NCBI GenBank assembly: GCA_913020725.1
Contig: CAJWCD010000066.1
Coordinates: 1-19,951 of the forward strand
From: an uncultured Pseudomonadota bacterium
GTDB lineage: Bacteria; SAR324; NAC60-12
DNA length: 19,951 nucleotides
Direction of reading: 5' to 3'
The position numbers were made by a program, and so were the translations under genes. The notes beneath the pieces are model-generated. The model was not told the DNA's origin and searched no databases. It worked only from the letters and a program-made list of their open reading frames with translations. Within the stretch, counting starts at the first letter, position 1; the number at the start of each line of letters is the position of its first letter. Shown here piece by piece: positions 9,771-16,917 of the stretch.

Positions 9771-10387
9771 GGTGTTGCGATTCCGGCCATTGGATTGGAA
9801 GTGACCCGTGGGGCTTCTCTCTGGAGTTGCAGGTGTGCGAGTGGATTGGCTTTTGGACGCTGCTGGGAGCGTTGGTTGATGGTTCGTACCACGCTGGTGA
9901 CGCGTCGTCCGGTGGCTACGGCTTCTGGAGTCACGGTGTAGCCTTTGCTGCGGGAAAGTTCTTTGGCGGTGTAGCCCGCCGCCACCTCCCGCTGGGAGAG
10001 CCTGCGGATTTGCGGAGCCGTGATACGCCGGATCTTGCGGCCGAGCTGCACTTCACGCCTTGTGGTCTTCGGAAGATGAGGGCGGATTTTCACCAAAGGT
10101 GCTTTGCGAAGCGGTTTCTCCGGAGACAGTTTGATCCAGCGCATGTCCTGCATCAGTCGTTTGGCACTGCGTCCTGTTTTTCCCTGCTCGGACTGCAGAG
10201 GGCGCAGCGGTTGTTTGAGAGGCCGCAAACGGATGGAACCGCTGCCCCAACTCGTGATCCGGATGTAACGCTGCACCGTCTTGGGGTCGTCCTTCGCAAA
10301 GGCGGAATCCATGCCCAACCCCAACGTGCCGAGGACGAAGATTCCCGCTCCAAGCATCCGGAGCTTTTGGAGTTGATCACGCAGCAT
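9767..10387 (-). CDS. Hypothetical exported Arg/Lys-rich protein
   Basis: Likely start ATG 10387 (MLRDQLQKLRMLGAGIFVLGTLGLGMDSAFA-K, Sec-type signal with AFA cleavage site), 206 aa; its stop overlaps the cyclase start (ATGA, 9767-9770). The longer start at 10792 would overlap the opposite-strand antiporter. Confidence 0.6.
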   Translation of the reverse strand: MLRDQLQKLRMLGAGIFVLGTLGLGMDSAFAKDDPKTVQRYIRITSWGSGSIRLRPLKQPLRPLQSEQGKTGRSAKRLMQDMRWIKLSPEKPLRKAPLVKIRPHLPKTTRREVQLGRKIRRITAPQIRRLSQREVAAGYTAKELSRSKGYTVTPEAVATGRRVTSVVRTINQRSQQRPKANPLAHLQLQREAPRVTSNPMAGIATP

Positions 10388-10587
10388 GGTTTCCCGAGGG
10401 TTGACGGATTCCGGAACATGCGAACTGCACAGGCGCAAAAAAGCAGCAGATTGTACCCGCTCGCTTGTACGCAAAAGTATCGGTGCTGGCGCTACGATCC
10501 AGACTGGCATCAACCTGTCAAATTCTCCTGCGAACCTCAATCCCAAAATGAAACGACAACTTTTTTTCCGGGTGATGCAGAAAAAGA

Positions 10588-10650
10588 TTGCACTGGGCGG
10601 CAGTTCGTAATATGTATAATCGTTAACTTTGTGCAACCCTTTGAAAGGAG
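10588..10650 (+). promoter_or_regulatory. Candidate sigma70-type promoter and Shine-Dalgarno for the antiporter genes
   Basis: AT-rich divergent intergenic region; TATAAT at 10615-10620, TTGCAC at 10588-10593 (21-bp spacing, non-optimal); AAAGGAG at 10644-10650, 6 nt before ATG 10657. Confidence 0.45.
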
Positions 10651-10656
10651 CTGAAC

Positions 10657-12573
10657 ATGCAACACCCCATCCAGAAACTCTTGCTGGTGGCACTTGCCAT
10701 CGCAGGGCCAGCGACGCTTGCGTATGCAGGCGGAGGTGGACCTGGGGGCAATTACCTGATCGAACCGCTTGGTTTGATGTTACTGGCCGCAACGGTATTT
10801 GCGATCATCCTGAGCTACGCCAAGCAGGCGAGCCTGTTCGCCTTCATCATCGTAGGCATCCTAGGAGGTGGGTATTTTCACCTCACCGACCCTGAGACCG
10901 CCTTCATGGGCTGGGCGATCAACAAAAACGTCCTCACCGCCTTCGTGGACGTCGGCATCATCTTGCTACTCTTCATGGCCGGGATGGAGGTGGACATCAA
11001 AGGGATGATCAAGCGTTGGAAGTTGCTGCTCATCAACGGGGTTGGCCAAGTCGCGGGCCTCTTCGTTATTTGCATCGGCCTTGGCGTGGCCTACATGGGC
11101 ATTAATGAGGATTATATGGCAGCGGCGGGCTTACCTCCCGCAAACGCAACTGCCGCCTTGCTCTACTTTGCGCTCTGCCTGACGCTTTCCTCGACTATCC
11201 TCGTCATCGGTACCCTCAAGAGTACCGGGCAGATGGAGACCGCCCACGGGCAGGTCGCGCTGGGTTTGATGGTGCTTCAGGACATCGTGGCCGTGGTCGC
11301 CTTGGCAATTCTTGGTAGCCTCAAGCCGCCCGCGCCGGGCACCGAACCCCCCAACCTTGGAATGGAGGTGGGGATGATTTTCGCGAAGATGTTTGCCTTG
11401 GCGATCATCCTCTACTTCGTCACCAAGTACCTCCTCAATCCACTCTTCAAGTACTTTGCGAAATCCGGAGAGCTGCTTTTCATCGGCACGCTTGGCTACG
11501 GATTGGGCGTTGCCGCGCTTTGCGAGGTGGTCCACTTCTCCTCCGGAATCGGCGCCTTCTTCGCTGGAGCAACGCTGGCGGCGCTGCCCTACCGTCATGA
11601 GATCGAGGACAAGGTCGAACCCCTCAAGGCGTTCGGCATCATCCTCTTCTTCATCGGTTTGGGCTTCGACATTTCCGCCCTTCCGGTGGACAAGCTGATT
11701 GGCGGCTTGACCGACGGAGTGATCCTCGCAGTTTTGGTGGTGATCCTCACGATCCCGCTGATGATCCTGCTGGGCTATCTCAGCAAGATGAAGGGGCGGC
11801 CCTCATTTATGATCGGAGCGATCATCAACCAAAGCTCCGAGTTTTCGCTGATGCTTGCGGTCTTGTGTCTGCAATACAAGCTGTTTGACGCAAACCTCTT
11901 CATCGTCATCACCATTGTCGTGCTGGTGACCTTCTTCCTTTCATCGCTGGGACACCAGTTTCTGGAACCCCTGTATGGAGTGCTTGCAAAGAGCCTCAAC
12001 TTCGTGGACACCCATGCGGCGGAGGAGGAGGTTGCTGCTGCCGGGTTTGAGATGGAAAACCACGTGGTCATCATGTCGTACAACGAACTGGCGATGGAGA
12101 TTGCGGATTTCTACGCAAAACGCGGGCAACAGGTGCTGCTGCTGGACCTTGATCCAGAGATCACGGGCTACTTCGAGGAACATCACCACGACAACAACAT
12201 CCACGCGCACTACTCGGACATGCAGGATCCGGACGTGTGGGGGGACATGGGCTTCGACAAAGCCAAGGTGGTGATCTCGTGCATGGATGGCGGACAGGAG
12301 GCCGAGGTGGCGATTGCCCGCTGGTTGAACAAGGAGGGCAAGGTTCCGTTCATCGCGGCCACCTCCTCGCATGAGGAAGCGCTGGAACTCTACGAGGCGG
12401 GTGCCCGCTATGTGATCCAGACAGACTTTTTGGCGGCCAAGAGCTTCCGCAGCCTCTTCGAGCAAGAGGTGGACAAGCCCTTGACGGAAGCCTTCTCCGA
12501 GTTGGGCAAGGCCCACTGGGATGAGACTCGCAAGATCAAGGAGGGCATGGGTGCCCTCTTTGCCACCGTTTAA
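10657..12573 (+). CDS. CPA2-family cation:proton antiporter with C-terminal RCK/TrkA-N domain (Kef-like), paralog 1
   Basis: 638 aa; many TM helices; GIILLLFMAGME, LTLSST, LMVLQDIV, GAFFAG, FFIGLG, QSSEFS; C-terminal Rossmann-like domain (VLLLDLDPE, LYEAGARYVI). Confidence 0.9.
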   Translation: MQHPIQKLLLVALAIAGPATLAYAGGGGPGGNYLIEPLGLMLLAATVFAIILSYAKQASLFAFIIVGILGGGYFHLTDPETAFMGWAINKNVLTAFVDVGIILLLFMAGMEVDIKGMIKRWKLLLINGVGQVAGLFVICIGLGVAYMGINEDYMAAAGLPPANATAALLYFALCLTLSSTILVIGTLKSTGQMETAHGQVALGLMVLQDIVAVVALAILGSLKPPAPGTEPPNLGMEVGMIFAKMFALAIILYFVTKYLLNPLFKYFAKSGELLFIGTLGYGLGVAALCEVVHFSSGIGAFFAGATLAALPYRHEIEDKVEPLKAFGIILFFIGLGFDISALPVDKLIGGLTDGVILAVLVVILTIPLMILLGYLSKMKGRPSFMIGAIINQSSEFSLMLAVLCLQYKLFDANLFIVITIVVLVTFFLSSLGHQFLEPLYGVLAKSLNFVDTHAAEEEVAAAGFEMENHVVIMSYNELAMEIADFYAKRGQQVLLLDLDPEITGYFEEHHHDNNIHAHYSDMQDPDVWGDMGFDKAKVVISCMDGGQEAEVAIARWLNKEGKVPFIAATSSHEEALELYEAGARYVIQTDFLAAKSFRSLFEQEVDKPLTEAFSELGKAHWDETRKIKEGMGALFATV

Positions 12574-12595
12574 TCCGGGAACTTCTACTGAGAGA

Positions 12596-14458
12596 ATGGC
12601 TATGCTGCATTTACATCCACTTCGGATCGCGGTCCTGTTCGTAGGAACGCTGCTTCTCGCCTCCCCGGCTTATGCCGGAGGTGGGGGCTGGTTGATCAAA
12701 CCGCTTGGGCTGATGCTCGGCGGTGCTATGCTCATCACCTTGGTGTTGAGCAAAATCCAACAAACGAGCATCCTCTCCTTCATCGCGATGGGAGTCGTGA
12801 TGGGGTTGGCGATCGGAGGATATGAGGAGGATTATCTCCTTGCGCACTTCCCCGGACTTGATGCTATTGTCTCGGGCTTCCAACAAGTTGGGATCGCCCT
12901 GCTGCTCTTCATCGCCGGGATGGAGTTTGACATTGGCAGCATCACCAAGCGCGCACGGTTGGTGCTCACCAACGGCATCGGGCAGATTGTCCTTGCGCTG
13001 CTGCTGCTGTTCTTGGTGGCTCAGGCTTTGCTGCAAGGCGAGAGCTTCAGCACGCTCTTCTACTTTGCGCTCTGCCTGACCCTCTCCTCCACCATCATCA
13101 TCCGCACAGCGCTGGACACACGAGGCGGGGGGGATTCGCTGCAAGGGCAAATCGTGATGGGCATCACCGTCCTTCAGGACTTGGTGGCCATCATTCTGCT
13201 GGCCCAACTCCTAGGCTTGAAAGAGACGGGTGGGGTCATCGTTCCTGGGACTGCTCTTCTGATCCTTGCCAAGCTCGTCGGCCTTGCGCTCGTGCTCTGG
13301 GGTTTGTCCAAGTACATCTTGGACCCTGTGGTCAAGTACCTCACGAAGTCCCCGGAACTGCTCTTCGTCAGTGCCTTGGGCTGGTGCATGGGGGTCGCCT
13401 CGGTGTGTTCAGCCATTGGCATCTCCCCGGAAGCCGGGGCGTTTCTCGCCGGGGTGTCGGTGGGCATCTTGCCCTACAAGCTCGACATTGAAGATAAGGT
13501 GGAGCCGCTCAAGTCCTTTGGGATGGTCCTGTTCTTCCTGACGCTTGGGTATGGGCTGACCAAGGTTGACGGACAGGTGTACCAGGATGACATCAAACTG
13601 GCGTGCTTCTTTGTCGCCCTTGTCGTGATTGGCAAGCCGATCCTCTCCATCATTTTTGGCTGGTTGACGAAACTCAAGGGTCGACCGTCGTTCATGATTG
13701 GCGGCTACCTGAACCAGTGTTCCGAGATTTCACTGATCATCGCTCTCATCGCAAGAGAAGCGGGGGTGTTTAACGACCGGATGTTTGCGCTGGTTGTCCT
13801 CACCGTCATCGGTTCGTTCATTGTCTCCTCTTTTGGACATCTCTACATCAACGAACTCTATGCGATGATCCGGGGAATGTTGCGGTTTGTGGACAACCAT
13901 AGTGCGCCTTATCAGGTCGAATCCTTCGACTTTGAGTTCAAGGATCATGTGGTGGTGCTGTCCTACAACGAGCTTTCCGGAGAGATCGCGGATTTCTACG
14001 CCCAGCGTGGGGAGAAGGTCTTGCTGATGGACCTCGATCCGGAGATCACGGAGTTCTTCAAGGGCAAGGAAAACAGCAACATCATCCCGCTTTACGCGGA
14101 CATGGAGGATCCGGACGTGTGGGAGCAGTTCGCCTTTGACAAGGCTAAGCTGGTCATCTCCTGCCTTGATGAAGGGCAGGAGGCCGAAATCGGCATCTCC
14201 CAGTTCCTCAAGCAGCGCTCTCCGGATGTACCCTTCCTCGCGGCCACCTCGTCACACGAGGAGGCACTGGAACTCTACGAGATGGGAGTGCGCTATGTGA
14301 TCCAAACCGACTACCTCGCGTCCAAGAAATTCCGGGAGGTGTTTGGGGAAGAAATCGACAAATCTGGGTCTGAAGCTTTCAAGGAGAAAGGGGAGGAACA
14401 TTGGAAGGCCACCCGTGAAATCAAGGAAGGTCTCGGCGAGATCTTCAAGTTCGTCTGA
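12596..14458 (+). CDS. CPA2-family cation:proton antiporter with C-terminal RCK/TrkA-N domain (Kef-like), paralog 2
   Basis: Likely start ATG 12596 or 12602 (~620 aa); GIALLLFIAGME, LTLSST, ITVLQDLV, GAFLAG, QCSEIS; C-terminal domain closely similar to paralog 1. Confidence 0.9.
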   Translation: MAMLHLHPLRIAVLFVGTLLLASPAYAGGGGWLIKPLGLMLGGAMLITLVLSKIQQTSILSFIAMGVVMGLAIGGYEEDYLLAHFPGLDAIVSGFQQVGIALLLFIAGMEFDIGSITKRARLVLTNGIGQIVLALLLLFLVAQALLQGESFSTLFYFALCLTLSSTIIIRTALDTRGGGDSLQGQIVMGITVLQDLVAIILLAQLLGLKETGGVIVPGTALLILAKLVGLALVLWGLSKYILDPVVKYLTKSPELLFVSALGWCMGVASVCSAIGISPEAGAFLAGVSVGILPYKLDIEDKVEPLKSFGMVLFFLTLGYGLTKVDGQVYQDDIKLACFFVALVVIGKPILSIIFGWLTKLKGRPSFMIGGYLNQCSEISLIIALIAREAGVFNDRMFALVVLTVIGSFIVSSFGHLYINELYAMIRGMLRFVDNHSAPYQVESFDFEFKDHVVVLSYNELSGEIADFYAQRGEKVLLMDLDPEITEFFKGKENSNIIPLYADMEDPDVWEQFAFDKAKLVISCLDEGQEAEIGISQFLKQRSPDVPFLAATSSHEEALELYEMGVRYVIQTDYLASKKFREVFGEEIDKSGSEAFKEKGEEHWKATREIKEGLGEIFKFV

Positions 14459-14620
14459 GAAAACTCTCAGCGTTGTTCAACCTGCACCGGCATGGACGCT
14501 GGTGCAGCACACACACGACCGGAGGCAGGGACGCCGTCCGGATCGGGCCATTCCCGTCCTTGTGCCCGATCCAATTTACCCACACTGGCGTTCAGCGTCC
14601 TCCGGCAGACAGGGACGTCA

Positions 14621-15373
14621 ATGCAGCAATCCGGCGCTTTTGCCGAGAAGGAACCCGTGTTGGGTTTCTCGGAAGACATGTTTCTGGAGCAGATGCTTCA
14701 GGAAACCCTCAATCCCGCTTACGAGGGGCCAGAACCTCAAGCCGTTCCAGTCGCCATCAGACGGGAGCAAGCCCTCCACGGACTCCGGAAGCGGGCAACT
14801 CACTACGCCTTGCAGTTACAACCGCTCTTGCGGTTGTGGGTGTCTCCCACCGTGCGGGTTCAACTCAAGCAACGCAAACTCCTGCCCTTTGCGGAATTGT
14901 CCGGACTCGCCACCGGGCGTTCGTACTTCAATCTCGTCAGCATTGAGGAACCTCGGTCGCTGTGGACCATGCACTGCTCCCGGAGTCTTGCCGAAGGTTT
15001 GGTCCAGCAGCGGCTCCGCCAGCGCTACGGCTGGCTGAAAGACGTGGAATTGGAGGGCGAGGGGGCGCACTCGACGGTGTTTCTGGAGATTGGCGAGTTC
15101 CTCCGCAAATCCCGGGATGCGATGCTGGAAGACTGGGGGGGGCCACTGGTGATTGCGGGCTATCGTCCTGTGCTGCGGCCCCGTTTCACGAAGGAGGCCT
15201 CTCCAAGTGACGAGTACGCTCTGCTGAGTTATCGGGTGGAGAGTCCGGAGGTTTCCGGAGACCTGCACTGGGCGATTCCGATGAATGCAATTTTGGAGAT
15301 TTTTGGGAAAACACTACAGCCTCGGGATGAGCTTTCCGGACTGGGACGTTTGCAAACCCTCCGTCCGGTCTGA
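14621..15373 (+). CDS. FliM middle-domain (CheC-like fold) protein, no SPOA domain
   Basis: Likely start ATG 14621 after AGGGA (250 aa); VRVQLKQRKLLPFAEL...YFNLVSIEEPRSLWTMHCSRSLAEGLV and DEYALLSYRVESPEVSGDLHWAIPMNAILE follow the pattern of the FliM middle domain. Weak by-eye similarity. Confidence 0.5.
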   Translation: MQQSGAFAEKEPVLGFSEDMFLEQMLQETLNPAYEGPEPQAVPVAIRREQALHGLRKRATHYALQLQPLLRLWVSPTVRVQLKQRKLLPFAELSGLATGRSYFNLVSIEEPRSLWTMHCSRSLAEGLVQQRLRQRYGWLKDVELEGEGAHSTVFLEIGEFLRKSRDAMLEDWGGPLVIAGYRPVLRPRFTKEASPSDEYALLSYRVESPEVSGDLHWAIPMNAILEIFGKTLQPRDELSGLGRLQTLRPV

Positions 15374-15387
15374 ATAAACAGGTGGGG

Positions 15388-15981
15388 CTAACGTTCCACC
15401 TTCAGCACCGCCATGAAGGCTTCCTGCGGCACCTCCACGGTGCCGATGCGTTTCATGCGCCGCTTGCCCTTCTTTTGCTTCTCCAACAGCTTGCGCTTGC
15501 GGCTGATGTCTCCGCCGTAACACTTGGCCGTGACATCCTTGCGCAAGGCGCCCAGCGTTTCCCGTGCGATGATTTTGGCCCCGATGGCGGCCTGGATGGC
15601 AATCTCGAACATCTGCTTGGGGATCAGCTCCTTGATGCGCTTGGCCAACTCGCGGCCTTGATAGTACGCTTGGTCGCGGGGGACGATCAGGGAAAGCGCA
15701 TCGACCGGATCGCCATTGAGGAGGATGTCGAGCTTGGCGAGTTCGCCACGCTTGAAGCCGCTCAGTTCGTAGTCGAAGGACGCATAGCCTCGGGAAACCG
15801 ATTTGAGGCGATCGTAGAAGTCCATCACGATCTCGTTGAGCGGCAGTTCATACTCCAGCATCACGCGGTTCGGGGCCGGATACTCCATGTGAACCTGAGT
15901 GCCTCGACGTTCCTGCGCGAGTGTCATGATCTGTCCGACAAACTCGGTCGGCGTGAAGACGCGCCCCCGGATATACGGCTC
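15388..15981 (-). CDS. lepA: Elongation factor 4 (LepA), C-terminal ~197 aa only; 5' part absent from the window
   Basis: [81 protein letters not shown]; LepA similarity stops upstream of EPY. Confidence 0.93.
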   Translation of the reverse strand, partial: EPYIRGRVFTPTEFVGQIMTLAQERRGTQVHMEYPAPNRVMLEYELPLNEIVMDFYDRLKSVSRGYASFDYELSGFKRGELAKLDILLNGDPVDALSLIVPRDQAYYQGRELAKRIKELIPKQMFEIAIQAAIGAKIIARETLGALRKDVTAKCYGGDISRKRKLLEKQKKGKRRMKRIGTVEVPQEAFMAVLKVER

Positions 15982-16122
15982 CTTGGCCCAGTCTGTCACG
16001 GAGGAGTGGCACAACGCGCCGCGCAAGCCCGCGAGGCTCGACCCCGGCAGCATGGCCGCGAGCTGGCCTAGAAAGCCGTCGATCACCTCCGCGTGCTTCG
16101 GCGCGCCGAGCGCATCGGCGAA
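15964..16122 (-). other. Short foreign fragment resembling the C-terminal region of a flavin-containing amine oxidase
   Basis: Translates [27 protein letters not shown]...[16 protein letters not shown], like the amine-oxidase motif DW.xEPyirGaYS; 101/140 G+C in 15981-16120 (72%, manual count), higher than either flank. Confidence 0.55.
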
Positions 16123-16127
16123 TTGAA

Positions 16128-16646
16128 ATGAGGGCGGCAACCTGGGTTGAGCGAACCGATTTACAGCTCCGCGGCCTGACCCCGTTTGTCTTTACATTGC
16201 TGATGGTGCTGGCCAGCGCGCTGCCCTGGCATTTGCCGAGTTTTGCCCCGGTTACGCCAGCCTTCACGGCGATGGCGATCTATTATTGGAGTATCTACCG
16301 GCCCGACAAACTGCCCTATGCCGCCACATTCTGTCTTGGCATGTTGCTCGATCTCCTCACGGGAGCGCCGCTTGGCCTTTCGGCGCTGGTCTATTTGCTC
16401 GTTCAGATCGTTCTGAATTCGCAACGCACCTTTTTTCACGGCAAGCCGTTCCTGGTGGTGTGGTGGGGCTTCTCGCTGGTCATGCCGGGGATTTCATTGG
16501 TGAGCTGGATTATTGCCTCGCTATATTACAATGCCCTTGTCCCGCCGATGCCGTTCGTCATTCAGGCTGTCCTGACGATATTGCTCTATCCGCTGTTTGG
16601 CGTGCTGTTGAGCGCCCTGCACCGGCATATGGCCCGAGGCGCGTAG
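16128..16646 (+). CDS. mreD: Rod shape-determining protein MreD (alphaproteobacterial type)
   Basis: 172 aa membrane protein; P....[36 protein letters not shown]...[16 protein letters not shown]. Confidence 0.9.
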   Translation: MRAATWVERTDLQLRGLTPFVFTLLMVLASALPWHLPSFAPVTPAFTAMAIYYWSIYRPDKLPYAATFCLGMLLDLLTGAPLGLSALVYLLVQIVLNSQRTFFHGKPFLVVWWGFSLVMPGISLVSWIIASLYYNALVPPMPFVIQAVLTILLYPLFGVLLSALHRHMARGA

Positions 16647-16648
16647 TG

Positions 16649-16912
16649 GTGCCCCCCAACACCATTCAGTGGTACGTAGGACGGCGCTCGGAGGGTCCCG
16701 GCGAGGAGCGCGCCGCGCCGCGATGCCACGGCATCACAAGTGGCGCGCGACGACATCCGGGGGCCTCCGAGCGCCGCCCGCCGGGTCGCTTTTCCCGCTC
16801 CCTCGGGGCGTCGGGAACGCTCGCCGATGCGCCCACATCGCCTTCGCGTCCCCTCCTGCCAAGGAAACGGGAAATGCGATCCTACGCACCACTGAATTGT
16901 GATAGGCGGCAC
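16649..16912. mobile_element. 264-bp MITE-like / palindromic repeat element
   Basis: Inverted termini 16649-16681 and 16880-16912 match 28/33 without gaps; internal hairpin 16682-16776 (13-bp perfect outer stem cggcgctcggagg/cctccgagcgccg) and hairpin 16786-16879; no credible ORF. Confidence 0.75.
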
Positions 16913-16917
16913 TAAGC

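Larger units (their letters stand above)
122..15340. repeat. Dispersed, highly iterated palindrome TCCGGA
   Basis: 44 copies by manual count between 122 and 15340, nearly all inside genes; none found from 15341 to 19951. Confidence 0.7.

Noticed and set aside
743..9941. Long plus-strand ORFs (743-1780, 1659-2414, 4752-5609, 7215-8381, 9018-9941)
   Set aside because: Antisense shadows of well-supported minus-strand genes with biased codon usage; no recognisable motifs.
9674..10654. 326-aa plus-strand ORF
   Set aside because: Overlaps the cyclase 5' end and the AT-rich promoter region and has random-looking composition; the minus-strand ORF has a signal peptide and ATGA coupling.
10388..10656. 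Na+/Li+/c-di-AMP riboswitch upstream of the antiporters
   Set aside because: No recognisable consensus or terminator; the candidate -10 box is only 36 nt from the start codon. An Rfam scan would settle it.
15388..16140. 250-aa ORF as a novel intact LepA-derived fusion protein
   Set aside because: Its TTG start lies inside mreD on the opposite strand, and the N-terminus is a foreign high-GC fragment; a chimera is the simpler explanation.
16110..16832. 12-bp inverted match gcgcatcggcga (16110-16121) / tcgccgatgcgc (16821-16832) near the junction
   Set aside because: A GC-rich 12-mer match is expected by chance in 20 kb and does not extend.
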